DNA of 64,000 nt, taken from the NCBI GenBank assembly GCA_910577845.1, contig CAJTNA010000007.1, positions 2,968 to 66,967 of the forward strand, read 5' to 3'. Both the position numbers and the translations under genes were made by a program. Below are positions 47,684 to 57,308 of this stretch, one piece after another; within the stretch, counting starts at the first letter, position 1, and each line of letters opens with the position of its first letter. The DNA comes from an uncultured Christensenella sp. (GTDB lineage Bacteria; Bacillota; Clostridia; Christensenellales; UBA3700). The notes under the pieces are model-generated. The model searched no databases. It had not been told where the DNA came from and saw only the letters and a program-made list of their open reading frames with translations.

Positions 47684-48214
47684 ATGGCTGAAAGAAATGA
47701 AAAGTCAGAAAAAAGAAGCAAATTCCAAAGAGAAGATGATGGAATGCTAAACAAACTTATCGCTGTTAACAGAGTAACTAAAGTTGTTAAAGGTGGTAGA
47801 ACAATGCGTCTTTCTGCTTTAGTTGCAGTTGGTGACGGCAATGGTAATGTTGGTATTGGTATGGGTAAAGCTGCTGAGGTGCCAGAGGCAATCAAAAAAG
47901 CTACTGCTGATGCTAAACGTAATATGATTAATATCAAATTGGTTGGAACTACTATCCCTCACGAGGTTATTGGTGAGTATGGTAGTGGTAAAGTTGTAAT
48001 GATTCCTGCTGAGGAAGGTACTGGTGTTATCGCTGGTGGTCCAGTTCGTTCAATACTTGAGGTTGTTGGTGTTAAGGACATCAGAACTAAGAGTATTGGT
48101 ACAAACAATCCAATTAACTGCGTTAAAGCTGTTATGGAAGGACTTAAGAGCCTTAGAACTGCGGAGCAAATTGCTAGTCTTCGTGGTATGACTGTTGAAG
48201 AAATCAAACGCTAA
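47684..48214 (+). CDS. rpsE: 30S ribosomal protein S5
   Basis: Conserved sequence ([12 protein letters not shown]) and operon position. Confidence 0.97.
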   Translation: MAERNEKSEKRSKFQREDDGMLNKLIAVNRVTKVVKGGRTMRLSALVAVGDGNGNVGIGMGKAAEVPEAIKKATADAKRNMINIKLVGTTIPHEVIGEYGSGKVVMIPAEEGTGVIAGGPVRSILEVVGVKDIRTKSIGTNNPINCVKAVMEGLKSLRTAEQIASLRGMTVEEIKR

Positions 48215-48229
48215 TAGGAGGGTGTAATA

Positions 48230-48472
48230 ATGGCAAAACAATTAAAAATTACGCTTGTTAAAAGCACTATCGGAACTCTTAAAAAGCAAAAGGCAACTAT
48301 TGAGGCTCTAGGACTAACTAAAATTGGTACTAGTAAGATTCATAATGACAATCCTTGTCTTCAAGGTCAAATCAAAGTTGTTAAACACTTGATTTCTGTT
48401 GAAGAAGTTGTTGTTTCAGCACCTAAAAAAGCTAGGGCAAAAAAAGCTGAGGCTGTAGAAGCTGCTAACTAA
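48230..48472 (+). CDS. rpmD: 50S ribosomal protein L30 (with C-terminal Lys/Ala-rich extension)
   Basis: The L30 core occupies the first ~58 aa, followed by VVVSAPKKARAKKAEAVEAAN. Confidence 0.9.
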   Translation: MAKQLKITLVKSTIGTLKKQKATIEALGLTKIGTSKIHNDNPCLQGQIKVVKHLISVEEVVVSAPKKARAKKAEAVEAAN

Positions 48473-48485
48473 TCGGAGGTAATAA

Positions 48486-48929
48486 ATGGATATTCAAAAT
48501 TTAGCTCCAGCTCCAGGGGCAAAAACTGAGAGCAAAAGACTAGGCAGAGGTATTGGTTCTGGTAAAGGCAAAACTTCTGGTAAAGGTCATAAAGGTCAAT
48601 GGGCTAGAAGCGGTGGCGGTGTACGCCCTGGTTTTGAAGGCGGTCAAATGCCTTTAATCCGCCGTGTTCCTAAGAGAGGTTTCACTAACATTTTCGCAAA
48701 GGAATATTCTATTGTAAATGTTAAGGACTTAGAGAGATTTGAGGACGGTACTGTTGTAAATGCTGAACTTCTTTTGGAGAGCGGTGTTTTAAGCAAAGTT
48801 GAGAACTATGGCGTTAAAGTTTTGGGTGACGGAACTTTGACTAAAAAATTAACAGTTCAAGCAAAGAAATTTACTAAGTCAGCTGCAGAAATAATTGAAA
48901 AAGCAGGTGGCAAAGCAGAGGTGCTATAA
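48486..48929 (+). CDS. rplO: 50S ribosomal protein L15
   Basis: Conserved sequence ([19 protein letters not shown]) and operon position. Confidence 0.96.
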   Translation: MDIQNLAPAPGAKTESKRLGRGIGSGKGKTSGKGHKGQWARSGGGVRPGFEGGQMPLIRRVPKRGFTNIFAKEYSIVNVKDLERFEDGTVVNAELLLESGVLSKVENYGVKVLGDGTLTKKLTVQAKKFTKSAAEIIEKAGGKAEVL

Positions 48930-50239
48930 TGTTTAAAACCATAGCAAATGCTTTTAGAGACAAAGAAATTAGAAAAAGAATTTTTCTTACACTACTAATG
49001 CTTGCGATTTTCAGACTGGGTGCGTATATTCCTATCCCAGGCTTGGATATTGCTGCAATAAATGGTGAGAATGGACTTGATAGCGGTAGCTTTTTTGGTA
49101 TTATTGCTGCCATTAATGGTACTTTTGGTAGTCAAGGCTCTATTTTCTCGCTAGGTATAATGCCATTCATTAACTCATTCATCATTATGCAATTGGTGAC
49201 TATTATAATTCCAAAGCTAGAGAGAATGAGCAAAGATGGTGAGGAAGGACGAAAGAAAATAACTCAGATAACTCGTTATGTTGCAATCGGTTTAGGTGTT
49301 ATCCAAGCTTTTGGTTTTGTAATGAGCTGGGGCGAGAACTTTACTGGTTTATTTGGTACTGGTGTTGCTAACATCTGGCTAAGTAGGATAATGACAGTTA
49401 TTATTTTAACAGCTGGCTCTACATTTGTTATGTGGTTGGGGGAAAGAATTACTGAGTATGGTATTGGTAATGGTACATCATTGATTATCTTTATTGGTAT
49501 ACTTTCTGGTATTGGTAGCTCTATTATATCTGCTATTCAAACAATGTCACAACAATCTGGAACTGAATTAATGGGTAATATTTGGTGGTTCATTGGTTTT
49601 ATTATCTTTGTAATTTTGCTTTTCTTATTCATCGTTTATGTTGATATGGCAGAAAGACGTATTCCAGTACGTTACGCAAAACAAGTTAAAGGTAACAAAA
49701 TGTATGGTGGACAAACTTCTAATATCCCTATGAAAGTTAATGCTTCTGGTGTTATGCCTATCATTTTTGCATCATCTTTCTTGATGTTCCCACAAATGAT
49801 TGCAAGCTTCTGGCCTGAAAGTGACTTTTATATTTGGTACAGCAAGTGGCTTGGCGTTGGTAGTTGGGTTTATATAGTTGTTATTTCATTACTAATATTG
49901 TTTTTCTCATATTTCTATGCACAAATTCAATTCAATCCAATTGAAGTGTCTAAAAATATTCAACAATATGGTGGGTTCATTCCAGGTATACGACCAGGTA
50001 AGCCAACAAGCGAATATTTAGCAAAAATCAATAACAGAATAACATTGTTCGGTGCGATTTTCCTTGCTATCATAGCATTAATACCATCTATACTTGTTGC
50101 AATAATGCCACAAGAATTAGGTTTGACAAATGCGTTTAGTGCAACAGGTCTATTGATTGTTGTAAGTGTAGCGTTGGAAACAAACAAACAAATGGAATCT
50201 CAAATTATGATGAAAACATATAAAGGATTCTTAAAGTAA
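48929..50239 (+). CDS. secY: Preprotein translocase subunit SecY
   Basis: 436 aa, 10-TM pattern, conserved SecY motifs and canonical position after rplO. Confidence 0.96.
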   Translation: MFKTIANAFRDKEIRKRIFLTLLMLAIFRLGAYIPIPGLDIAAINGENGLDSGSFFGIIAAINGTFGSQGSIFSLGIMPFINSFIIMQLVTIIIPKLERMSKDGEEGRKKITQITRYVAIGLGVIQAFGFVMSWGENFTGLFGTGVANIWLSRIMTVIILTAGSTFVMWLGERITEYGIGNGTSLIIFIGILSGIGSSIISAIQTMSQQSGTELMGNIWWFIGFIIFVILLFLFIVYVDMAERRIPVRYAKQVKGNKMYGGQTSNIPMKVNASGVMPIIFASSFLMFPQMIASFWPESDFYIWYSKWLGVGSWVYIVVISLLILFFSYFYAQIQFNPIEVSKNIQQYGGFIPGIRPGKPTSEYLAKINNRITLFGAIFLAIIALIPSILVAIMPQELGLTNAFSATGLLIVVSVALETNKQMESQIMMKTYKGFLK

Positions 50240-50257
50240 AAACAAAAAATTATTTAA

Positions 50258-50289
50258 GCCGAACAAAATATTTACTATTTTGTATCGGC
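50258..50289 (+). other. Imperfect hairpin in the secY-adk spacer
   Basis: gccgaacaaaata / tattttgtatcggc gives a 13-bp stem with one bulge and a 5-nt loop. No T-tract follows, so it is not a clear intrinsic terminator. Confidence 0.35.
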
Positions 50290-50431
50290 GTAAAATAATA
50301 ATTACCTAAATTAATGCGATTTTAAATTGTAAAAGGTTTTAATTATACATAGTATTGTAAAGGTGAAGTTTAGGGATATATTAAAGCATTAATTTTGGGT
50401 TAAATTAAGGTTGTTTTTAATTGAGGTAAAA

Positions 50432-51061
50432 ATGAAATTAATTTTACTAGGAGCACCTGGTGCTGGTAAAGGTACTCAAGCTACAAGAATTAGTGATAAG
50501 TACAATTTGCCACATATCTCAACAGGTGACATTTTAAGGAAAAATATTAAAGAGGGTACTAAATTAGGCGTACAAGCTAAATCATTTATTGACGCAGGTC
50601 AGTTAGTTCCCGATGAGGTTGTAATCAACATAGTAAATGATAGATTGCAACAAGCAGATTGCAATAACGGATATATATTAGATGGTTTTCCAAGAACAGT
50701 TGCTCAAGCAGAGGCTTTAGATAAAGTTGCAAAAATTGACGCCGTTATTAATATCGCAGTTGATGCTAGTTTGATAGTTAATCGTATCACTGGCAGAAGA
50801 ATGTGTGCTTGTGGCGAAAGCTATCATATCAGTATGGGTATTGGTGATACTTGTCCTAAGTGTGGTGCAAAACTTTATCAACGTGATGATGATAAAGAGG
50901 AAACAGTAAAAGCACGTATGCAAGTTTATGATACTCAAACTGCACCACTAATCGATTATTATACAGCAAAAAATTTAGTTATCGATGTTGATGGCGGTAA
51001 GCCATTGAATGAAGTTTTTGAACAAATTTCTAAGGTGATTGATGATTACAATAAAAAGTGA
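50432..51061 (+). CDS. adk: Adenylate kinase
   Basis: MKLILLGAPGAGKGTQ P-loop and a zinc-lid Cys cluster. ATG at 50432 follows GAGGT and is preferred over the TTG at 50411. Confidence 0.95.
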   Translation: MKLILLGAPGAGKGTQATRISDKYNLPHISTGDILRKNIKEGTKLGVQAKSFIDAGQLVPDEVVINIVNDRLQQADCNNGYILDGFPRTVAQAEALDKVAKIDAVINIAVDASLIVNRITGRRMCACGESYHISMGIGDTCPKCGAKLYQRDDDKEETVKARMQVYDTQTAPLIDYYTAKNLVIDVDGGKPLNEVFEQISKVIDDYNKK

Positions 51062-51785
51062 TAGCCAAATCGAACTTATGCGAGAGGCAGGCAAAATTTT
51101 AAGGGATACCTTAAATATGCTTGGTGAACACATTAAGGTTGGTGTGACTACAAAGGAATTGGATAAATTAGCACACGATTATATAATTAGCAGAGGAGCA
51201 AAACCATCATTTTTGGGATATGGCGGATTCCCTGCATCAATATGTGCAAGTGTGAACGAACAAGTTGTACACGGAATTCCTTCGTCAAGGAAATTGAATG
51301 AGGGTGACATAATTGGTATTGATTGCGGTGTAATTTATAAAGGTTGGCAGAGCGATGCAGCAAGGACATTTGCTGTAGGAAAAATATCTGAGAAGCATAA
51401 AAAACTTATTGAGGTAACTGAACAAAGCTTTTTTGAGGCAATGAAAGTTATCAAAGAGGGTGCAAGGCTTGGAGATATTGGTGCGACTATACAACAAATA
51501 GCAGAAAGCAATGGCTTTTCAGTTGTTAGGGACTTAGTGGGACACGGCATTGGTAAGGAAATGCACGAAGACCCTCAAGTACCAAACTATGGAATAGCAG
51601 GCAAAGGTCTTAGATTAAAGCGTAATATGACGCTTGCGATTGAACCTATGATTAATGAAGGGACTTATGAAGTTTCTGGGCTAGATGACGGCTGGACGGT
51701 GGTGACTGATGATGACGGATATTCCGCACATTATGAAAACACTGTACTTGTAACAGAGGATGGTTATGAAATTCTGTCCTTGTAG
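51042..51785 (+). CDS. map: Methionine aminopeptidase, type I
   Basis: Conserved MetAP metal ligands and pattern (GHGIG, EPM). Overlaps the adk 3' end. Start is either TTG 51039 or ATG 51042. Confidence 0.93.
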   Translation: MITIKSDSQIELMREAGKILRDTLNMLGEHIKVGVTTKELDKLAHDYIISRGAKPSFLGYGGFPASICASVNEQVVHGIPSSRKLNEGDIIGIDCGVIYKGWQSDAARTFAVGKISEKHKKLIEVTEQSFFEAMKVIKEGARLGDIGATIQQIAESNGFSVVRDLVGHGIGKEMHEDPQVPNYGIAGKGLRLKRNMTLAIEPMINEGTYEVSGLDDGWTVVTDDDGYSAHYENTVLVTEDGYEILSL

Positions 51786-51793
51786 GAGTTGTT

Positions 51794-52066
51794 ATGCAAA
51801 ACAATATCAAGGTCGGTTCGGTGGTATTGTCTACTGCAGGACACGATAGTGGCGATTATTTTGTGGTAATTGAAGTTGAAAGTGAGGAATATGTCAAGCT
51901 TTGCGATGGTAAATGCAGAAGTTTGGAAAAACCTAAACGCAAAAAGGTTAAGCATATTAAGGATACATATATAGTGCTTGAGGATATTGCGGATAAGCTC
52001 AATAACAACAAGATTATTCATAACAAAAACATTGAAACTGCACTAAAAAAAGTGTTAAAACAATAA
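51794..52066 (+). CDS. KOW-domain RNA-binding protein (L14E/L6E/L27E-like)
   Basis: 90 aa with [18 protein letters not shown]. The position between map and infA is typical of Bacillota. Confidence 0.75.
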   Translation: MQNNIKVGSVVLSTAGHDSGDYFVVIEVESEEYVKLCDGKCRSLEKPKRKKVKHIKDTYIVLEDIADKLNNNKIIHNKNIETALKKVLKQ

Positions 52067-52077
52067 ACGGAGGGTTT

Positions 52078-52299
52078 ATGTCTAAGGATGATGTAATTGA
52101 AGCCGAGGGAAAAGTGGTTGAAGTTTTGCCAAATACAAATTTTAAAGTGGAATTGACTAACGGGTTTGTAATTAATACCTATTTGTCTGGCAAGCTTAGA
52201 AAGAACTATATCAAGATACTTGAGGGTGATACAGTTAAAGTTGAAATGAGTCCATACGATTTAACAAAAGGTAGAATAGTATGGCGTAATAAGAATTAG
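52078..52299 (+). CDS. infA: Translation initiation factor IF-1
   Basis: [19 protein letters not shown]... S1-like IF-1 sequence. Confidence 0.96.
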   Translation: MSKDDVIEAEGKVVEVLPNTNFKVELTNGFVINTYLSGKLRKNYIKILEGDTVKVEMSPYDLTKGRIVWRNKN

Positions 52300-52314
52300 T
52301 TGGAGGATAAAACA

Positions 52315-52431
52315 ATGAAAGTTAGACCATCAGTTAAACCAATGTGCGACAAATGCAGAGTAATCAAAAGAAATGGACAAGTAATGGTTATCTGTAGCAA
52401 ATATAAAAAACATAAGCAAAAACAAGGTTGA
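52315..52431 (+). CDS. rpmJ: 50S ribosomal protein L36
   Basis: Below the ORF-track length cut-off. I translated it as [47 protein letters not shown] lies upstream. Confidence 0.93.
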   Translation: MKVRPSVKPMCDKCRVIKRNGQVMVICSKYKKHKQKQG

Positions 52432-52593
52432 TTTTGCAAAAATGTTTTGATTGCAATTGATGAGATTGCAAAAATTTGATTAAAAAGATTGTAAGTTTTT
52501 GGCGAATACCAAAAAACAATCGGCATAGTGATTAAGCGGTAAGAAAAATTGCACAAAAAAGTAATATTTTTGTAAAATTTTGCTAAAATTTGC

Positions 52594-52622
52594 TTGATTA
52601 ATGGTTGCGAGTATGATATAAT
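52594..52622 (+). promoter_or_regulatory. Internal promoter for the alpha operon (rpsM-rpsK-rpsD-rpoA-rplQ)
   Basis: TTGATT, a 17-nt spacer, then TGaTATAAT (extended -10), about 150 nt upstream of rpsM. Confidence 0.65.
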
Positions 52623-52774
52623 ATATACTTGCAATAGTGCTTTTGTAATGTTAATTTTTCGCTTGACGGGAGCGGCTGAAGAGGGTGTCTCATTCCAAAT
52701 TATCAGACATACTTTTCTCCAAAACGGCGTTAAATTGTATTATTTAATATATTTATTAATTTGGAGGTAGTTTA

Positions 52775-53143
52775 ATGGCTCGTATTGCAGGCGTAGATTT
52801 GCCACGTGAGAAGAGAGTAGAAATTGGTCTTACTTATATCTATGGTATAGGTAGGGTTACATCTAACAAGATTTTGGCTGCTTCTGGAATCAATCCAGAC
52901 AAAAGAGTTAAAGACTTGACAGAAGATGAAGTAAGTGCAATTCGTGATTACATCGAAAAGAACCTTGCTGTTGAAGGTGATTTGAGAAGAGAAGTTAAAT
53001 TGAACATTAAGCGACTAATGGAAATTGGTTGCTATCGTGGTGTTAGACACCGTAAAGGTTTACCAGTTCGTGGACAAAGTACTAAGCAAAATGCTCGTAC
53101 TCGTAAAGGTCCTAAGAAGACTGTTAGCCGTAAGAAGAAATAA
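52775..53143 (+). CDS. rpsM: 30S ribosomal protein S13
   Basis: [15 protein letters not shown]-terminus. Confidence 0.97.
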   Translation: MARIAGVDLPREKRVEIGLTYIYGIGRVTSNKILAASGINPDKRVKDLTEDEVSAIRDYIEKNLAVEGDLRREVKLNIKRLMEIGCYRGVRHRKGLPVRGQSTKQNARTRKGPKKTVSRKKK

Positions 53144-53157
53144 GGAGGTAATAAGAT

Positions 53158-53553
53158 ATGGCTGCTAATAAAAAAGTAGTAAGGAAAAGACGTGATGTAA
53201 AACGTGTTGATAAAGGTCGTTGTTATATTCAATCATCTTTCAATAACACTCTTGTTACCTTTACTGACGACAAAGGAAATACTATTTCTTGGTCAAGTTC
53301 TGGTAAGCTAGGTCTTAGAGGTTCTAAAAAGAGCACACCTTTTGCAGCTCAAATGGTTGCTGAGGATGCAGCTAAAATCGCTAAAGATTTAACTGGTTTG
53401 AAGAGTGTTGAAGTGTATGTCAAAGGTCCAGGTGCAGGTCGTGAATCTGCTATCCGTGCTTTGCAAGTTGTGGATATTGCTGTTACATTGATTAAAGATG
53501 TTTCACCTATCCCACACAATGGATGCCGTCCACCAAAACGCAGAAGATTATAG
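53158..53553 (+). CDS. rpsK: 30S ribosomal protein S11
   Basis: Conserved sequence and position. Confidence 0.97.
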   Translation: MAANKKVVRKRRDVKRVDKGRCYIQSSFNNTLVTFTDDKGNTISWSSSGKLGLRGSKKSTPFAAQMVAEDAAKIAKDLTGLKSVEVYVKGPGAGRESAIRALQVVDIAVTLIKDVSPIPHNGCRPPKRRRL

Positions 53554-53564
53554 GAGGTAGAGAA

Positions 53565-54188
53565 ATGGCTAAATATACAGGTGCTGACTGCCGTTTGTGC
53601 AGAAGAGAAGGATGCAAATTATATCTTAAAGGTGATAAATGTTATTCTGATAAATGTGCTGTTGTGAAGCGTCCTACCGCTCCAGGTCAACATGGTACAT
53701 CAAGAAAGAAACCTACTGGATATAGCATTCAGTTGCGTGAAAAACAAAAAACTAAGAGAATTTATGGTTTGTGCGAAAAGCAATTTAGAGGCTATTATGA
53801 TATGGCTGAAAAAATGCGTGGCATTACCGGTGACAATATGTTAGTGCTTCTTGAGAGAAGGCTTGACAATGTTGTATTTAGACTAGGTCTTGGCTTGAGC
53901 CGTGCTCACGCTAGACAAATCGTTAACCACGGTCACATTACTGTTAATGGTTCTAGGGTTAACATTCCATCTTATTTAGTAAAAGCTGGCGACATTATCG
54001 CTGTTAAGGAAAACAAAGTTGATAAAACTCTTTTTGCTGAAATCAAATCTGGCAAAACTGAGAATTTACCAAGTTGGTTGGAGTTTGACAATGCTACTTT
54101 ATCTGGTAAAGTGTTAGAGCTTCCTACAAGAGAAGGTCTAGACATAGCAGTAGAAGAGCACTTGATTGTCGAGTTGTATTCTAAGTAA
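53565..54188 (+). CDS. rpsD: 30S ribosomal protein S4 (Cys4 type)
   Basis: [16 protein letters not shown]...[10 protein letters not shown] at 53565 follows GGAGG and is preferred over the ORF-track start at 53523. Confidence 0.95.
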   Translation: MAKYTGADCRLCRREGCKLYLKGDKCYSDKCAVVKRPTAPGQHGTSRKKPTGYSIQLREKQKTKRIYGLCEKQFRGYYDMAEKMRGITGDNMLVLLERRLDNVVFRLGLGLSRAHARQIVNHGHITVNGSRVNIPSYLVKAGDIIAVKENKVDKTLFAEIKSGKTENLPSWLEFDNATLSGKVLELPTREGLDIAVEEHLIVELYSK

Positions 54189-54217
54189 GATTAAATCCAA
54201 AATAGGAGGATGATTTA

Positions 54218-55168
54218 ATGATAGAAATTACTAAGCCAAAGATTGAATGTGTAGATACTATTAGTGGTAGAGAAGCTCGCTTTGTTATCGAGCCTTTGGA
54301 AAGAAGTTTTGGTACTACTTTAGGTAATGCACTTCGCCGTGTGCTTTTGGGTTCACTTCCTGGTGCTGCACCAGTTGGTGTCCGTATTGATGGTGTTAAA
54401 CACGAATTTTCTACCATTCCTGGTGTGAAAGAAGATGTGTCTGAAATTATACTTAATCTTAAGGGATTGGCTGTTAAAGCCCACACAGAGGATAAAGACT
54501 TTAAACAAGTAATGTTTATCAAGTTGGATAGAGCTGGTATTGTTACCGCTGCTGATATTGAGCATAGCTCTGACATTGAAATCTTAAACCCTGATATGTA
54601 TATTTGTACATTGGAAAATGGTGCTAAACTTGATATGGAAATTAATGTTGGAGTAGGTAGAGGTTATGTTTCTGCTAATATGAATAAAGATGATGAGCAA
54701 CCATTAGGTTACATACCTATTGATTCTATCTATACTCCTGTTGAAAGAGCAAGTTATTTTGTTGAGCCCGCTCGTGTTGGTCAAGACATTAATTATGACA
54801 AGTTGACTATTGATGTTGTTACTGATGGTACTGCATCACCTCACGAAGTTATTAGCTTAAGTGCTAAAATCATTAACGATTTGCTAAGCTTGTTCATCGG
54901 TCTTGTTGATAATATGGCTGAGAAAAACCTTTTGAAACAAGATGACGAAAAACAAACTAAAGTACTAGAGATGGCTATTGATGACTTGGATTTGTCTGTA
55001 AGGTCATACAACTGCTTAAAGAGAGCTGGTATCAATACTGTTCAAGACCTAATTCAAAAGTCAGAGGACGATATGCTTAAGGTTAGAAACCTTGGTAAAA
55101 AGTCACTAGACGAAGTTATGAAGAAAATTCACGAATTGGGATTTGAATTACAAAGTAAGGAAGAGTAA
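54218..55168 (+). CDS. rpoA: DNA-directed RNA polymerase subunit alpha
   Basis: Conserved NTD and CTD (LDLSVRSYNCLKRAGI). Confidence 0.97.
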   Translation: MIEITKPKIECVDTISGREARFVIEPLERSFGTTLGNALRRVLLGSLPGAAPVGVRIDGVKHEFSTIPGVKEDVSEIILNLKGLAVKAHTEDKDFKQVMFIKLDRAGIVTAADIEHSSDIEILNPDMYICTLENGAKLDMEINVGVGRGYVSANMNKDDEQPLGYIPIDSIYTPVERASYFVEPARVGQDINYDKLTIDVVTDGTASPHEVISLSAKIINDLLSLFIGLVDNMAEKNLLKQDDEKQTKVLEMAIDDLDLSVRSYNCLKRAGINTVQDLIQKSEDDMLKVRNLGKKSLDEVMKKIHELGFELQSKEE

Positions 55169-55180
55169 GGAGATAAAAAA

Positions 55181-55687
55181 ATGGCAAGAAAGCTAGGAAA
55201 ACGTACAGACCAAAGAATGCATATGTTGCGTAACCAAGTATCTGAGCTATTGTGGTATGGTCGCATTGAAACCACAGTTGATAGAGCTAAAGAGGTAAAA
55301 AGACTTGCAGAAAAAATGGTTACTCTAGGTATTAAAAGCTATGATGATATAGTTACTACTACAAAGACTAAGACTGATGCTAAAGGCGAGAAAATTGCTG
55401 TTGAATTTAAAAACGATGGCAAGAAAAAATTGAATGCTAGAAGACAAATGATGTCTTTCTTACGTGACATTCAAGAGGCACAAGGCGAAAAAGAGAAAAA
55501 GTCAGAATTTAAAGAGAGAACTCGTGAGATTAAGCACCCACTAATTGAGAAAGTGTTTAATGAGTATGCTCCAAGATACGCTGGCAGAAAAGAAGAGCTA
55601 GGTCAAGGTGGCGGATATACTAGAATAATCAAATTAGGTGCAAGACGTGGTGACGCTGCTGAAATGGTTATTATAGAAATGGTATAA
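55181..55687 (+). CDS. rplQ: 50S ribosomal protein L17 (with internal Lys/Glu-rich insertion)
   Basis: The L17 N- and C-terminal blocks (RKLGKRTDQRMHMLRN, GGYTRIIKLGARRGD) flank an insertion. Confidence 0.93.
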   Translation: MARKLGKRTDQRMHMLRNQVSELLWYGRIETTVDRAKEVKRLAEKMVTLGIKSYDDIVTTTKTKTDAKGEKIAVEFKNDGKKKLNARRQMMSFLRDIQEAQGEKEKKSEFKERTREIKHPLIEKVFNEYAPRYAGRKEELGQGGGYTRIIKLGARRGDAAEMVIIEMV

Positions 55688-55711
55688 TTAAAAATAAAAT
55701 GTAATTAAGCA

Positions 55712-55745
55712 AATAGCGGACTAACAATCCGCTATTGTTTTTTTT
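55712..55745 (+). terminator. Rho-independent terminator of the alpha operon
   Basis: aatagcgga / tccgctatt 9-bp stem followed by a T8 run. Confidence 0.85.
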
Positions 55746-56574
55746 GCAACAAAAATCACAGCATTGCAAGAGGTAAAAGCTTAAGAAAAATGAATGTTAT
55801 TATAAAATTTGATTTTTTGCAATAAAAATCACTAACAAAACACGAGAGTTCAAAATTGTTATACATTTTATTAAATAACATAATAAAGTCTTATAAGATT
55901 TAAATTTATTTGTAGCAATAAAAAACTTTTCAGGCTGAAAGTATATAAAAACAAAATCACTAGTAAACCTTGTGTATGTAAAATATTCAAAGCACACCTA
56001 GCTAGTTATAAAATTTATATCTGTATGTGAAAAACTACGATATGTGATAATTATTGCTTTATGAACAAATTTATTGCAATAAAGATTAATACTAGTCTTA
56101 TTATGTTGCTAATTGTCCGCATATTATGCTTGCTTTATGCCGTCTGTTTTGACATTGTTTTTATATGAGTTTACTTAAAATTTATATTATAAAAATCAAT
56201 TTAGATTACTTGAATAATAAAGTCTTTTATAGTTTAAAATGATTGCATTTAAATTATAGTATAAATATTATAGGTAATAAATTGAAAAATAAAATAAAAC
56301 TTTTAAAATGTATTGGTTTAATATATAAGAATGTTTCAGAAAATACTTATCAATTGATTAATAATGTTATCACATTGCATTAAATAAAATTGCAAATTTA
56401 TTTAAAAATTTGTGTTTGGGTTTTTGTAAAATTATATTGCTTATTAATTCCGTATGAATTAAAAAATATTTCTTATGAAAAATTTAAAAAATGCTCAGAA
56501 TTCATATGATTTAATTGACAAATTATCAATATTTTGTAATTATGTAATTACTTATATAAATGGAGGTGAGGATT

Positions 56575-56907
56575 ATGGATTACGAAAAAATTATTTTAGA
56601 TATGTTGAATAGAACATGTGCTTTGGAGGCAGATGTTAATTTGTTAAAGAGTAAAGACAATTATACTGAAAAAGTAAGAACTAGTGATATTGAAAAATAT
56701 ATATTAGAATTTAAACAAAATCTAAAATTAAAAGGTCATAGTTATGTAGTTATAATTGCAAATGATTTACATAAAGAATTAGGACTTAAAAATCGTATGC
56801 CAATGGTTTGCAATGCAATGAGAAAAGTTATGCTAAAAGGAGATGAAATTTTACATCAAACAGAAAGCGGTAATTCTTCTACTTTAAAAATAAAGTATTA
56901 TTTATAA
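56575..56907 (+). CDS. Hypothetical protein (orphan, 110 aa)
   Basis: Strong RBS (GGAGGTGAGG) 5-6 nt upstream of the ATG at 56575. I recognise no family. It is isolated within about 1.6 kb of AT-rich non-coding DNA. Confidence 0.5.
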   Translation: MDYEKIILDMLNRTCALEADVNLLKSKDNYTEKVRTSDIEKYILEFKQNLKLKGHSYVVIIANDLHKELGLKNRMPMVCNAMRKVMLKGDEILHQTESGNSSTLKIKYYL

Positions 56908-57308
56908 TTTGTAAAATGACCAAAAGTTTGCATAAATTTTTGTACTTTCAATTATGGACAAAGCTTTTTTGTTGTGCTATACTAGGATTATATGTAGAAA
57001 AGTTTATTTTTTAACGAAAATTTATTTAATACAATACTATAAGTTTTTATAAAAAAACAAAAAATATTAATCAACTTTTATAAAGTTTTTTGCGTATAAT
57101 AATTTGAGGTAAACTGACCTGTCAAAGTTGATTAGGCAATTTGAAAGTACATAGTTTATGCTAAAGTATAGTAAAAAAGAATTACTAATTAAATCAATTA
57201 AATATTAACGGGTTTTTAAATTGAAAATTAATATTTGTTTTACTTGGCGTAGACGAATAAAATTAATTGCTGTTAAATGTTTAGCACAGCAATTGGAGTA
57301 AAATATTT

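Noticed and set aside
40006-55035. Numerous 60-140-aa antisense or out-of-frame ORFs inside the ribosomal protein cluster (for example 40006-40416, 40215-40634, 44815-45243, 47662-47937, 54181-54576).
   Set aside because: Each overlaps a universally conserved ribosomal, secY or rpoA gene on the + strand, and none has a recognisable motif. They are shadow ORFs.
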